A DNA stretch of 64,000 nucleotides, taken from the NCBI GenBank assembly GCA_965277715.1, contig OZ255836.1, positions 640,001 through 704,000 of the forward strand, in the 5' to 3' direction. This document shows, piece by piece, positions 44,006 through 53,845 of the stretch. How positions within the stretch are numbered: position 1 is the first letter of the stretch; the number at the start of each line of letters is the position of its first letter. The notes below the pieces were generated by a model, which saw nothing but the letters and a program-made list of their open reading frames with translations, was not told where the DNA came from and did no database searches. This stretch comes from Gammaproteobacteria bacterium. Its GTDB lineage: Bacteria; Pseudomonadota; Gammaproteobacteria; JBCCGL01. The translations under genes and the position numbers were made by a program.

Positions 44006-44121
44006 ATGCAGGCAGACCAACACCGCGCAGCGCGGGTCGATCTGGCTGCCGCTTTTCGCTGGGCGGCCCGCCTGAATATGAAAGTATTCTTGATGAAGAA
44101 GCGCCCGCTTACCGGCAATAG
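44006..44121 (+). pseudogene. Class II aldolase/adducin family gene reduced to its two ends
   Basis: MQADQHRAARVDLAAAFRWAARLNM followed in a shifted frame by ILDEEAPAYRQ*. Confidence 0.7.
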
Positions 44122-44213
44122 TGGGTAGAGGGTGTTGGAATCAGATTGGTAGCTGAATGAAAAACAAAAATGGAGTAATATTCCAAGATTAATATTCTGG
44201 CTATATCAAAACA

Positions 44214-46397
44214 ATGAGTACCCACCCCAATGTCACCACACACGGTGATTTGTGCATTGCCACGCCCTTGTACCAATTTGTCACGAAGCAACTTACCCCC
44301 GGCAGTGGCGTCGATGCGGGTCATTTCTGGCAGTCGTTACAGTCGATTGTCGCCGAATTTGGCCCGCGCAATAAAGCTTTGCTACAAAAACGCGATGCAT
44401 TGCAAACGCAAATAGATGACTGGCATGTGGCCCACGCCGATAAACAACACGACCCGCAGGCGTATAAAGCATTTTTGCAGTCTATCGGTTACTTGGTATC
44501 ATCGCCGCATGCGGTGAAGATCGATACGGATAATGTCGATGCTGAAATCGCCCGCATAGCGGGGCCACAATTGGTTGTGCCGCTGGATAACGCCCGCTAT
44601 GTATTAAACGCGGCCAACGCACGTTGGGGCAGCTTGTATGATGCACTGTATGGCACCAATGCCATCGCCGAAGATAACGGCTGCGAAATTGCCGATAAAT
44701 ACAACCCCATTCGCGGTGACCGGATTATCGACTTTGCACGTGATTTTCTCGACAGGCACTTTGCCCTGGACAAAGGCTCGCACCGTCAAGCGACGGAGTA
44801 CTGTATCGTCGACGGGCAACTGGTGGTGCGCCTGGGAAATGGCAACAAAACCTGCCTGCTAAGGCCTGAACGGTTGGTGGGGTACTGTGGTGATGCGGCC
44901 AACCCTGAAAAACTGCTGTTGTGCAAAAATGGTCTGCATGTCGAATTGCGTTTTGGTGAAGGCTTTTTTATTGGCCGTCGCGATCACGCCAATATCTATG
45001 ATATACAGCTTGAATCGGCCCTCAGTGCGATTATGGATTGTGAGGATTCGGTTGCAGCCGTCGATGTCGACGACAAACTGGAGGTCTACCGCAACTGGCT
45101 GGGCTTGATGCAGGGCACCCTAACGCGCCGTTTTGAGAAAGACGGTAAAACCATTGAGCGTGCGTTAGAGGGGGATCGCGAGTATATAGACCCAAACGGC
45201 AAACCCTTCTCACTACCGGGCCGGAGTATGCTGCTGGTACGTAATGTCGGCGCTCATCTGGACACCGATATGGTGCACTACAAGGGCGAGCCAATTGCCG
45301 AGACGCTGTTAGATACGATGGTGACATCTCTGGCGGCCAAGCATAACCTGCTCAATACCGATCACTACCCGAACAGCCGTAAAGGTTCTGTGTATATTGT
45401 TAAACCGAAAATGCATGGCCCGGAAGAGGTGGCACTGGCGGCAGAACTGTTTGGCCGGGTGGAGGATGCCTTGGGCCTGTCGCGCAATATATTGAAAATA
45501 GGCGTTATGGATGAAGAGCGGCGCACCTCGGTTAACCTAGGTGCCTGCATTGCCGAAGTCTGCTCACGGGTGTTTTTTATTAATACAGGCTTTCTCGACC
45601 GCACAGGTGATGAAATTCACACTTGCATGAAGGCCGGGCCTGTGCTGCCCAAAGAGGAGATGAAATCGGCGACCTGGTTGTCGGCGTATGAAAACAATAA
45701 TGTCGATGTAGGGCTGGATTGTGGTTTTATGGGCCACGCACAGATTGGTAAAGGCATGTGGGCCGCGCCAGATGAAATGGCGGCCATGCTGGAAGGCAAG
45801 ATTCTACACCCCAAGGCGGGTGCGAATACTGCCTGGGTGCCATCGCCAACGGTGGCGACTTTGCACGCCCTGCACTACCACCTGGTCGACGTGATCGCAC
45901 GCCAGCAGGATCTGGCAAAACGCACACGCTCAAACCTTGATGGCATGTTGACGCTACCGCTGTTGCCCGCCAACAGGCAGTTGAGCGAGGATGCGTTACA
46001 GCGTGAACTGGACAACAATGCACAGGGCCTGCTCGGCTATGTGTCGCGCTGGGTGGGGCAGGGAGTAGGCTGCTCCAAAGTACCGGATATTAATAATGTA
46101 CAACTAATGGAAGACTGCGCCACCTTGCGTATTTCCAGCCAACATATCGCCAATTGGTTGTATCATGGGCTGTACACGGAACAGCAAGTGCGCGCCGCGA
46201 TGGAAAAAATGGCGCATTTGGTCGATGCACAAAATGGAGGTGATCCCGGTTATTACCCTATGTCTGATCATTTCGATACCAGCCAACGCTTTCAGGCGGC
46301 ATTGGATCTGGTCTTTAAAGGCTGCGAGCAACCAAATGGCTATACTGAGTTTATACTGCAGGCACGTCGACGCGATGCAAAGGCGGTGGCTGGGTAA
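44214..46397 (+). CDS. glcB: Malate synthase G
   Basis: AGPQLVVP, NAANARWGSLYDALYGT, DCEDS, KPKMHGP, MDEERRT, NTGFLDRTGD, GCSKVP. Confidence 0.96.
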   Translation: MSTHPNVTTHGDLCIATPLYQFVTKQLTPGSGVDAGHFWQSLQSIVAEFGPRNKALLQKRDALQTQIDDWHVAHADKQHDPQAYKAFLQSIGYLVSSPHAVKIDTDNVDAEIARIAGPQLVVPLDNARYVLNAANARWGSLYDALYGTNAIAEDNGCEIADKYNPIRGDRIIDFARDFLDRHFALDKGSHRQATEYCIVDGQLVVRLGNGNKTCLLRPERLVGYCGDAANPEKLLLCKNGLHVELRFGEGFFIGRRDHANIYDIQLESALSAIMDCEDSVAAVDVDDKLEVYRNWLGLMQGTLTRRFEKDGKTIERALEGDREYIDPNGKPFSLPGRSMLLVRNVGAHLDTDMVHYKGEPIAETLLDTMVTSLAAKHNLLNTDHYPNSRKGSVYIVKPKMHGPEEVALAAELFGRVEDALGLSRNILKIGVMDEERRTSVNLGACIAEVCSRVFFINTGFLDRTGDEIHTCMKAGPVLPKEEMKSATWLSAYENNNVDVGLDCGFMGHAQIGKGMWAAPDEMAAMLEGKILHPKAGANTAWVPSPTVATLHALHYHLVDVIARQQDLAKRTRSNLDGMLTLPLLPANRQLSEDALQRELDNNAQGLLGYVSRWVGQGVGCSKVPDINNVQLMEDCATLRISSQHIANWLYHGLYTEQQVRAAMEKMAHLVDAQNGGDPGYYPMSDHFDTSQRFQAALDLVFKGCEQPNGYTEFILQARRRDAKAVAG

Positions 46398-46436
46398 TAT
46401 GATTGCCATTTGCCCGGGTGAATTATGCGAGGGTGA

Positions 46437-48116
46437 ATGGCGATGAAATCATTTGAGGGGAAGTTGCGGCTGGGCAGTGGCATTGTGCTTGCGGTTTATG
46501 TCGTGCAGCATTTGCTCAATCACGCATTTGGTATCGTATCCTTCGAGGCGGCAGAAGCTTTTCGCACCTCTGTCGCGGTGATGTTCCAGATATGGCCGGG
46601 CCAGTTATGCTTATATGGCTCGCTGTTAGTGCATGTCTTCCTGGCGTTAAAGTCCGTTTATATGAAAACCAGTTTGCGTATGCCGCTTTGGCAATGGATG
46701 CAGTTAGGGTTTGGTCTGTCGATATTGCCTTTATTGGCGGGCCATATAATCGGTACACGTGGTATGCACCTGGTTGGGGATGTCGATCCGGACTATTACT
46801 ACGAAGCCACCGCCTTTTTACTCAACCCAATTCTCCTGATCAAGCTGGGTGTGTTGACCGTTATATTGTGGTCACATATGGTCATTGGTCTGCACTACTG
46901 GCTGCGCCTGAAAAAGCACTATGCCGCGTTTGTACCGTATCTTTATGCATTGGTGGTATTGATACCGGCGTTATCTGCTGCCGGTGTTTTCAGCCTGTTG
47001 AAAGGCGCCATGCTGTGGGTGGATGATGCCGACCGTGTGGCTGAAATTTTTGCGGGTGTCCGGGCCATGGACCCTTCGTTGCTGCGTTTTATGCAGGGTC
47101 TTGAAGTGCGGGTGCTGGCGGCTATGGGGGTGTTACTGCTTGCGGTGCTTGTCGCCCGGCAGTGTCGGTTATGGTTTCAGTTGCGCAAAGGTGTGTGCTC
47201 AATTGAGCACAGTAACGGTCGGAGTGTGCGCTTACATCAGGGACAATCACTACTCGAAGCCTTGCGTGTGGCCAATATTCCCCACGCCTCTATATGTGGC
47301 GGGCGTGGGCGGTGTACTACCTGCCGGGTGCGGGTGCGCAGCGGGCTGTCGACGCTGGATGCCCCTAATGACCTTGAAGCGCAGGCGCTATCCCGGATTG
47401 TAGCGGGGGCGGATATACGCCTGGCGTGCCAGATGCGCCCACATGCCAACATTGCGATTACGCCGTTGGTTATGGCGCAGCAATCGCTGAGTGTGGCTTT
47501 GCACGCAGGGGGTGTGCAGGGGCATGAACAGCGCGTTGTTGCGGTATTTGTCGATATGCGCGGCTCCACCAGCATGGGTGAGCGGGTGTTGGCTTATGAT
47601 GTGGTCTTTATTCTCAATCGGTTTTTTACCGAGTTGTCACTGGCGCTCGACGAGACGCACGGGCATTACGCACAATTTGCCGGTGATGGTTTGATGGCAC
47701 TCTACGGCATCGATGCGCAACGTAAACACTGCGCCTGTCAGGATGCACTAAACGGCGCACGCGCCATGTATAAACGGCTCGCCAGGCTCAATCTTCAATT
47801 GCAGGAAGAGTTTGGCGAGCACATTAAAATGGGTGTGGGCATTCATGGTGGTGAGGCGATTGTCGGCACAATGGGGCCGCCGAAAACGCCACTGCTGACG
47901 GCGGTGGGGGACAATATCAATATCGCTGCACGTCTGGAGTCACAAACCAAGCTGCTGGGTTGTGATGTGATTGTCTCCACGGAGACCCTGGCGGCAGAAA
48001 ATATCACCTACCCGGAAGCCAATGTGCAGGATGTCCCTGTGCGGGGGCGCAATGACAATGTCACTGTATGTACCTTGAGTGAGCAGGCGTTGTTAGATTT
48101 GGGTGCAGCGGATTAA
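46437..48116 (+). CDS. Class III nucleotide cyclase with heme-b-like membrane anchor and 2Fe-2S ferredoxin domain (CyaC-like)
   Basis: TM helices with His (HLLNH, HVFL, GHII, SHMVIGLH); CGGRGRCTTC...RLAC; FVDMRGST, GDG, NIAARLE. Confidence 0.88.
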   Translation: MAMKSFEGKLRLGSGIVLAVYVVQHLLNHAFGIVSFEAAEAFRTSVAVMFQIWPGQLCLYGSLLVHVFLALKSVYMKTSLRMPLWQWMQLGFGLSILPLLAGHIIGTRGMHLVGDVDPDYYYEATAFLLNPILLIKLGVLTVILWSHMVIGLHYWLRLKKHYAAFVPYLYALVVLIPALSAAGVFSLLKGAMLWVDDADRVAEIFAGVRAMDPSLLRFMQGLEVRVLAAMGVLLLAVLVARQCRLWFQLRKGVCSIEHSNGRSVRLHQGQSLLEALRVANIPHASICGGRGRCTTCRVRVRSGLSTLDAPNDLEAQALSRIVAGADIRLACQMRPHANIAITPLVMAQQSLSVALHAGGVQGHEQRVVAVFVDMRGSTSMGERVLAYDVVFILNRFFTELSLALDETHGHYAQFAGDGLMALYGIDAQRKHCACQDALNGARAMYKRLARLNLQLQEEFGEHIKMGVGIHGGEAIVGTMGPPKTPLLTAVGDNINIAARLESQTKLLGCDVIVSTETLAAENITYPEANVQDVPVRGRNDNVTVCTLSEQALLDLGAAD

Positions 48117-48128
48117 TGCATCGTTCAA

Positions 48129-48866
48129 TTAAACCTTGGCGACTTCTTCGAGCAATAAATCCTTGGCCCGGTTAATCTGGCTGGCGAGGTAATTACTGCC
48201 CCCCTTGTCAGGGTGTAATTTACCCATCAGGCGTTTGTGGGTGGCGATAATCTCCTTGCGTGAGGCGCCCACAGGCAGGCCGAGAATTTCCCAGGCATCG
48301 GCTGTGTGCATTTCACTGGAGGCACCTGTGGTCTGCTCACTCCCAGTGCCTGAAGGTTCCCATTCACCTGCCCGTTCGCGCTGTATATAGGCGTTGAGCA
48401 AACGCAGTGCTTCGGGGTCATGCTGCTGACAGTCGGTATAAAACTGTTGTAGTTCTTCGCGCTTAAGCGAACTCAGGGTTCTCCCGGTAAATTCGCCATC
48501 GAGAATCTCACCGTCGATTTCACCGCTGTCGTGATCCAGCGTCATCGCCAGCCAGGCGGTGCGTACATTTGACTGGTTACCACTGCCGGGGTTTTGGCTT
48601 GCGTAGCGGTTGCGTAGCTGCTGTACCATCGGCCAGAAACGCAATAGTGGTAGCAATCGACCGACAAACGGAATCGTCGCACCTACCAGGGCAAACAGCG
48701 CGTGTGCCTTGCCGGTGACCGCTGCCAATACAAATACCCCCGCGAGTACAAACAGAGCTACTTTGATCAGGTAACTACGCCCCTGCTTTTTGACCTTCTG
48801 TTTGCCGAGGTGGTAGATAATCCAGATGCCCGCAATGAGCGCGATGATAAGAATAAGGCGTGTCAT
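48129..48866 (-). CDS. Membrane-anchored protein with C-terminal J domain
   Basis: N-terminal TMs, LDHDSGEIDG, AWEILG, LHPDKGGS..LASQINRAKD. Confidence 0.88.
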   Translation of the reverse strand: MTRLILIIALIAGIWIIYHLGKQKVKKQGRSYLIKVALFVLAGVFVLAAVTGKAHALFALVGATIPFVGRLLPLLRFWPMVQQLRNRYASQNPGSGNQSNVRTAWLAMTLDHDSGEIDGEILDGEFTGRTLSSLKREELQQFYTDCQQHDPEALRLLNAYIQRERAGEWEPSGTGSEQTTGASSEMHTADAWEILGLPVGASRKEIIATHKRLMGKLHPDKGGSNYLASQINRAKDLLLEEVAKV

Positions 48867-48870
48867 GGGG

Positions 48871-49572
48871 TTATTTTAATTGTTTCAGCAACGCTTGTAT
48901 GGGGGAATTTTGTGACAGGCTGAATTGTTGCAGCGCCTGTTTGCCGCCGGTAGCATAGAGTGCCGCTGCGTTGAGCAGTTGGCCGAGTTGGTCGGCACTA
49001 CTGCTGTCAAACTGGCAATGAACCCCACCGCTGACTTTGGCTAGCTGTGCAAACCCGCTGCTGGCAACGGGATCACGCCCCTCCTGGAAAATAAATAAAG
49101 GGGCATTTAACAGACGCAATTCACCGGCCAGTTTGCCGAGGCGGTCGATATTTTCTTCAATACAATCACCAACATACACGACTGCATTCACTGGTTTTTT
49201 TTGCGTTGCCTGCAAGGCGTGCTGTAACACGCGCTCGATTTGAGTGGCGCCCGCCTCACAGCGCACACTTGACATAAAGCGATGCAGCGTATCCGCCTGT
49301 GCCACCCACGGGGATGATTTGCATTCAGCGTAACCACGAAAATAAACCAATTGAATATCCAGGCCACCGATAAGGCTTGCCTGAACAAACATATCACTTT
49401 GCAGTTTGCGCGCAAGGTGCCAGGTGTGCTCACGGCTGGCTGTGGCGTCCATGGCGAACATCAAACGGCTTTGTGTGCTGTTGCGTTTAACCGGTGGGGC
49501 ACTGGCCAGTTGCGTCAGGAAACTATCAATATGCCGGGCTGTGCTGTTGGTGCGAAGGGATTTATCGGGCAT
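48871..49572 (-). CDS. VWA domain-containing protein
   Basis: FAMDATASRE (MIDAS-like), GATQI, YVGDCIEE, FIFQEG. Confidence 0.82.
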   Translation of the reverse strand: MPDKSLRTNSTARHIDSFLTQLASAPPVKRNSTQSRLMFAMDATASREHTWHLARKLQSDMFVQASLIGGLDIQLVYFRGYAECKSSPWVAQADTLHRFMSSVRCEAGATQIERVLQHALQATQKKPVNAVVYVGDCIEENIDRLGKLAGELRLLNAPLFIFQEGRDPVASSGFAQLAKVSGGVHCQFDSSSADQLGQLLNAAALYATGGKQALQQFSLSQNSPIQALLKQLK

Positions 49573-49679
49573 TGCTATTGGCGTTTGTCTGTGTGTTGTA
49601 AATCATACGCAATATAACCATTGAATGGGGGATAACATCGGCTAGTATGTGTGCTTCATGGTTATTTTTGAGTATTTTT

Positions 49680-50465
49680 ATGTCTGTATTTAAACGCCCG
49701 GTTTTTGATTTTGCAGGTAAATCGGTATTGGTTACCGGCGGCACTTCCGGGATGGGGGCCGCCACTGCGGAGGCATTTGCACGCAGTGGCGCCGCCGTTG
49801 TGATTGCCGGTCGCAATCGGGCGCGGGCCGATGCCTTGCTGGGAAAACTGCGCTTGTCTGGTCACCCAGCGCATTTTGTCGGCGGTGATATTACAGAGGC
49901 CGGGTATTGCCAGCGGCTTGTTGAGCAAACAGGTGAGTTGATCGGCGCGCCGGATATTGTCGTTAACAGTGCCGGAGTGATATACCACGCGACCGCCGAT
50001 AAGACCACCGATAGGCAGTGGCTGGATACCTTTAACGTCAATGTGCACGGTATGTTTTATGTTTGTCGGGCGGTGGTGCCCGTGATGCGGGATAACGGCG
50101 GCGGTGTGATTGTGAATATTGCCTCTGATGCGGCACTTTCCGGCAGTAGACACCTCGTTGCCTATTGTGCGAGTAAGGGGGCGGTGTTACAAATGACCCG
50201 CGCAATGGCGATTGACCACGGAGACCAGGGGATTCGCGTTGTGGCTGTTTGCCCAGGGGATGTTGATACGGCGATGTTGCGCGGAGAGTTTCGCGACCGG
50301 GGTATCAGTGCCGAACAGGGGTTGGCTGAATCGGCACAGGGGGTGCCATTGCAGCGTGTTTGCTCGGCTGAGGAAATTGCCGATATGGTTTTGTTTGCCG
50401 CCTGCGATTCGGCGCGGTTTATAACGGGCTACCCACTGGTGGTAGACGGCGGCAGCCGCGCTTGA
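49680..50465 (+). CDS. SDR family oxidoreductase
   Basis: TGGTSGMG, VNSAG, YCASK, PGDVDT, VDGG. Confidence 0.93.
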   Translation: MSVFKRPVFDFAGKSVLVTGGTSGMGAATAEAFARSGAAVVIAGRNRARADALLGKLRLSGHPAHFVGGDITEAGYCQRLVEQTGELIGAPDIVVNSAGVIYHATADKTTDRQWLDTFNVNVHGMFYVCRAVVPVMRDNGGGVIVNIASDAALSGSRHLVAYCASKGAVLQMTRAMAIDHGDQGIRVVAVCPGDVDTAMLRGEFRDRGISAEQGLAESAQGVPLQRVCSAEEIADMVLFAACDSARFITGYPLVVDGGSRA

Positions 50466-50473
50466 GTGTAATG

Positions 50474-52027
50474 CTACTCATGGCCGCTTTCCCCAGAGTC
50501 ATTATTATCGGGAAAACGCAGCCTGGTAACGCCATTATAAGCCCAGTCGTTATACCGCGTTGTTCCACGTAAGCAGTGCTCGACCACTTGATCGGGGGCG
50601 GTGTAATCCCATTCTGTACGCCTGCCAAGTGCGAGTGTCTTGCGTAGGAATAACCGACGCTTTTGGCTCAGGTTGATATTGTCGGTCAATAGAGACACAT
50701 TCCATTTCCGCTTTGCCAGGTCACGCAGTTGCTGTTGGCCTTGTGCGTAGTCGGGGTTGTCAATGACATTGTTTAATTCCTTAGGGTCTACCTCAAGATC
50801 AAACAACTGCTCTGGGTCTACACCGCTGTAAACGTATTTCATCCGCTGTTTTTTTACCATCAGAATTGGGGCCAGTGCGCCCTCGGCCAGATTTTCGCTG
50901 TAAACCGCTTTGTCCCACGGTGCCTCACCGTTTGCCATACCCCATAAGCTGTTTCCCTCAATTTCCTCAATAAGGTTTGAGGCGCTGTGGTCACCCGCAA
51001 TATCCATCAACGTAGGCAGTAAATCGACCAGTGAAACATCGGCGTCAATACGCTTTTCGGTCAGCATGGGGCCGCTGATAATCAGAGGAATTTTGCACGA
51101 GGCTTCAAAAAAAGATTTTTTGTACCATAAGCCCCGCTCACCCAACATATCACCGTGGTCGGTGGTGATAATGATCACCGTATTGTCGTTCAGCCCGGTC
51201 TTTTTTAGCACCGCTAACAACCTACCGACCATATCGTCAAAATAACTGACTGAGCCATAATAAGCGTGCCGTGCAACGCGTATCTGCTGCGCTGTCGGCT
51301 CAAAGTCTTTTAGGCCATATTGCACGCGCAGGCGTTGGCTGTAAGGGTCGAGTGCATCCATCGCCAGCGTGCCGACACGCGGCATATCGATGTCATCGTG
51401 TCGGTAACGGTCCCAGTGTGTTTGCAGGCACTGGTAGGGGTCATGTGGGTGGGAGAACGAAGCCAATAACAGAAAGGGGCGTTCATCATCATTCTGTGCG
51501 AGGCTATAGATCTTGCGTTCTGCACGGTGGCAGACTTCCTCATCGTATTCCATTTGGACATTGCGCAGGCAAATCCCCGATCCAGTAAAGGTGATCGCAT
51601 TATTGGAATGGCTGGATCGAACCTCGGTCCAATCACCTGTCCAGTTAAAATCAGCGGGGTAGATATCAGTGGTCAAACGCTGTTCAAATCCATGCAATTG
51701 GTCTGCGCCGACAAAGTGCATTTTGCCCACAAGACAGGTTTGATAGTGCATGCCCCGTAAATAGTGCGCGAAGGTTGGAATAGCAGAGGAGAACTCAGCG
51801 CCGTTGTCGTAAGCACCAATAGTGGATGCCAATTGACCGGACATCATCGAAAAGCGTGAGGGTGCGCACAAAGGAAAATTCGTGTAAGCCGCGTCAAATA
51901 CTGCACCGCCTGCCGCCAGTGAATCGATGTGCGGGGTTTTTGCTATGGGATTATTGTAGGCGCCCAGCATACGGGCGGTGAGTTGATCGGCCTGGATAAG
52001 CAAAATATTGGGAGGAGACTGATGCAT
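50474..52027 (-). CDS. betC: Choline-sulfatase
   Basis: NILLIQADQL, LCAPSR, GKMHFVGADQLHGF, RLTTDIYPADF, DHGDMLGERGLWYK. Confidence 0.9.
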   Translation of the reverse strand: MHQSPPNILLIQADQLTARMLGAYNNPIAKTPHIDSLAAGGAVFDAAYTNFPLCAPSRFSMMSGQLASTIGAYDNGAEFSSAIPTFAHYLRGMHYQTCLVGKMHFVGADQLHGFEQRLTTDIYPADFNWTGDWTEVRSSHSNNAITFTGSGICLRNVQMEYDEEVCHRAERKIYSLAQNDDERPFLLLASFSHPHDPYQCLQTHWDRYRHDDIDMPRVGTLAMDALDPYSQRLRVQYGLKDFEPTAQQIRVARHAYYGSVSYFDDMVGRLLAVLKKTGLNDNTVIIITTDHGDMLGERGLWYKKSFFEASCKIPLIISGPMLTEKRIDADVSLVDLLPTLMDIAGDHSASNLIEEIEGNSLWGMANGEAPWDKAVYSENLAEGALAPILMVKKQRMKYVYSGVDPEQLFDLEVDPKELNNVIDNPDYAQGQQQLRDLAKRKWNVSLLTDNINLSQKRRLFLRKTLALGRRTEWDYTAPDQVVEHCLRGTTRYNDWAYNGVTRLRFPDNNDSGESGHE

Positions 52028-52205
52028 AGCGTGTGATGTCTTTTGCGTATTGTAAGCGGCGATTTTAACAATTCTGCCCTTGAGTGTCGTTGGTATCTAT
52101 AACGGTTATTTTTATACCATAAAGAATATAATCTGTATTGAAAACAGTATAACTACTGTTCATAATATAAAATATTTCAGTGTGCAAATTTGTAGGCCAA
52201 GTCTT

Positions 52206-52466
52206 ATGTCATCCAGTATAAAAACAGCCATATCCATGCAACGGCAGTTGTTCGACGATGTAAATGCACTGGCAAGCGAATTGAATGTATCGAGAAGTAA
52301 ATTATTTGTCCTCGCGATAGAAGCGTATATAAAGCAAAGTGAAAATAAAAAAATGCTATCCCAAATAAATGCAGCTTTTAGTGGAGGGGCTGATAGGGTG
52401 GAAACTGAAACCATTACTGCCATGAAAATAAAACAGAAAAAAATTGTAGAGAAGGATTTATGGTAA
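52206..52466 (+). CDS. Ribbon-helix-helix antitoxin (partner of the PemK/MazF toxin)
   Basis: IKTAIS...VSRSKLF..AIE; ends in W and overlaps the toxin start. Confidence 0.8.
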   Translation: MSSSIKTAISMQRQLFDDVNALASELNVSRSKLFVLAIEAYIKQSENKKMLSQINAAFSGGADRVETETITAMKIKQKKIVEKDLW

Positions 52467-52813
52467 TAAAACAAGGTGAGGTTTATTGGTTGAACTTAGG
52501 GGAACCTACAGGTTCTGAGCCAGCTCATAAGCATCCGCATATTGTTATACAAAATGATGTATTCAATGCAAGTTTGATCAATACGGTTGCGGTGTGTGCG
52601 CTTACATCAAATGTAATGCGGGCAGGCTCTCCCGGAAATGTTTTATTAAAAAAGGGAGAGGCGAATCTTCCCAAGAGAAGCATTGTCAATATTTCACAAA
52701 TCTACACGGTTAACAAAGTAGACCTTGCTGAAAAAATAGGTATGGTTTCTCCAGGAAAAATAAACGAAGTGATAAAAGGTGTGCAGCTTCTTATTGAAAA
52801 GAGAAGTGTATAG
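52460..52813 (+). CDS. mazF: PemK/MazF family endoribonuclease toxin
   Basis: GEVYW, GSEP, IQNDVFN, LTSN, NISQIYTVNK. Confidence 0.88.
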   Translation: MVIKQGEVYWLNLGEPTGSEPAHKHPHIVIQNDVFNASLINTVAVCALTSNVMRAGSPGNVLLKKGEANLPKRSIVNISQIYTVNKVDLAEKIGMVSPGKINEVIKGVQLLIEKRSV

Positions 52814-52891
52814 AATTGCCATTTTTATCAGTTATGTGAATGGATGGGAACGCCATCTATATAAATTTCGTGAGAACCAAAGAAGTTAGTT

Positions 52892-53653
52892 TTGCTAAAT
52901 AAATTTCAACTGTTTGATAGCCATTTCCATGTCATTGATGATCGGTTTCCGCTTGTTCCAAATAATGGCTATATACCGGGCGTATTTACCTGTGAAGACT
53001 ATCTAAAAAAAACCTCGGCTTACGCATTGTGTGGTGGAGCGGTTGTATCGGGTTCTTTTCACGCATTTGACCAAGGTTATCTGATCGATGCGTTAAAAAA
53101 ACTAGGTTCTGCTTTTGTGGGTGTCACTCAACTGCCGGTAACGGCCACTGATGATGAAATTATCTGCTTAAATAAGGCAGGGGTACGCGCTATTCGGTTT
53201 AATTTAAGGCGTGGCGGTTCTGAGGGGGCTACCCATTTGGCACGAATGGCGCAAAGAGTTTATGAGATTGCTGGTTGGCACGTGGAATTGTATGTCGACT
53301 CAAGGGCGCTTCCTGATTTATACAGCACGCTTATCCGGCTGCCTTTAGTGAGCATTGATCATTTAGGGTTGAATAAATCTGGTTTTAAATGGTTGGTAAA
53401 ACTGGTGGAGCAAGGTGTTAGAGTCAAAGCGACGGGTTTTGGTCGTGTGGATTTTGATGTTAGGGATGCACTTAAAACACTGTATATAGCAAACCCAACA
53501 TCACTCATGTTTGGTACAGATTTGCCGTCGACCAGGGCGCCGAAGCCCTTTACAGATGAGGATTTTATGTTGGTTGTGGATGTTTTGGGTGCTGAGGAGG
53601 CGGGTGATGTATTTAGTAAAAACGCGATTGAATTTTATAACCTACGCAGGTAG
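52892..53653 (+). CDS. Amidohydrolase_2 family protein (2-pyrone-4,6-dicarboxylate hydrolase-like)
   Basis: DSHFH, GWHVELY, IDHLG, VKATGFGR, FGTDLPSTRA. Confidence 0.85.
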   Translation: MLNKFQLFDSHFHVIDDRFPLVPNNGYIPGVFTCEDYLKKTSAYALCGGAVVSGSFHAFDQGYLIDALKKLGSAFVGVTQLPVTATDDEIICLNKAGVRAIRFNLRRGGSEGATHLARMAQRVYEIAGWHVELYVDSRALPDLYSTLIRLPLVSIDHLGLNKSGFKWLVKLVEQGVRVKATGFGRVDFDVRDALKTLYIANPTSLMFGTDLPSTRAPKPFTDEDFMLVVDVLGAEEAGDVFSKNAIEFYNLRR

Positions 53654-53724
53654 CGTAGAGTGTTATTAGGTTTCACTCGCGTTATCCAGGTGGTGCATGG
53701 ATTCTGCGCATCTGGAAACCGTGT

Positions 53725-53738
53725 CTGAAAGTGCCTGT
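53725..53738 (+). repeat. CTGAAAGTGCCTGT direct repeat, copy 1
   Basis: Also at 55042-55055 (1 mismatch) and 55417-55430; copies 1 and 3 extend to CGTGYCTGAAAGTGCCTGTCCC. Confidence 0.7.
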
Positions 53739-53787
53739 CCCTGACACTCGTTTCCGGTTCAGGTGAACAAAGGGCAAGAAATAAAAT

Positions 53788-53808
53788 TTGACCATGTTAG
53801 CTAACATG
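53788..53808 (+). promoter_or_regulatory. Promoter/operator of the Phd-like antitoxin
   Basis: TTGACC overlapping the perfect palindrome CATGTTAGCTAACATG. Confidence 0.65.
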
Positions 53809-53845
53809 CTCAACATGAATGGTATTAAAGAAAAAGGGAATTGTC

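Noticed and set aside
43363-44118. 251-aa minus-strand ORF
   Set aside because: Antisense shadow of ffh; the same applies to 19143-19796, 39778-40386, 57312-57941 and most other overlapping ORFs in the track
44122-44213. Glycine riboswitch before glcB, or SRP RNA near ffh
   Set aside because: No matching conserved motifs or structure; most of the spacer is the aldolase ghost
46105-46140. GlcB inactivation (MEDCATLR instead of MEDRATLR)
   Set aside because: The catalytic Asp and other active-site motifs are intact; one substitution is insufficient evidence
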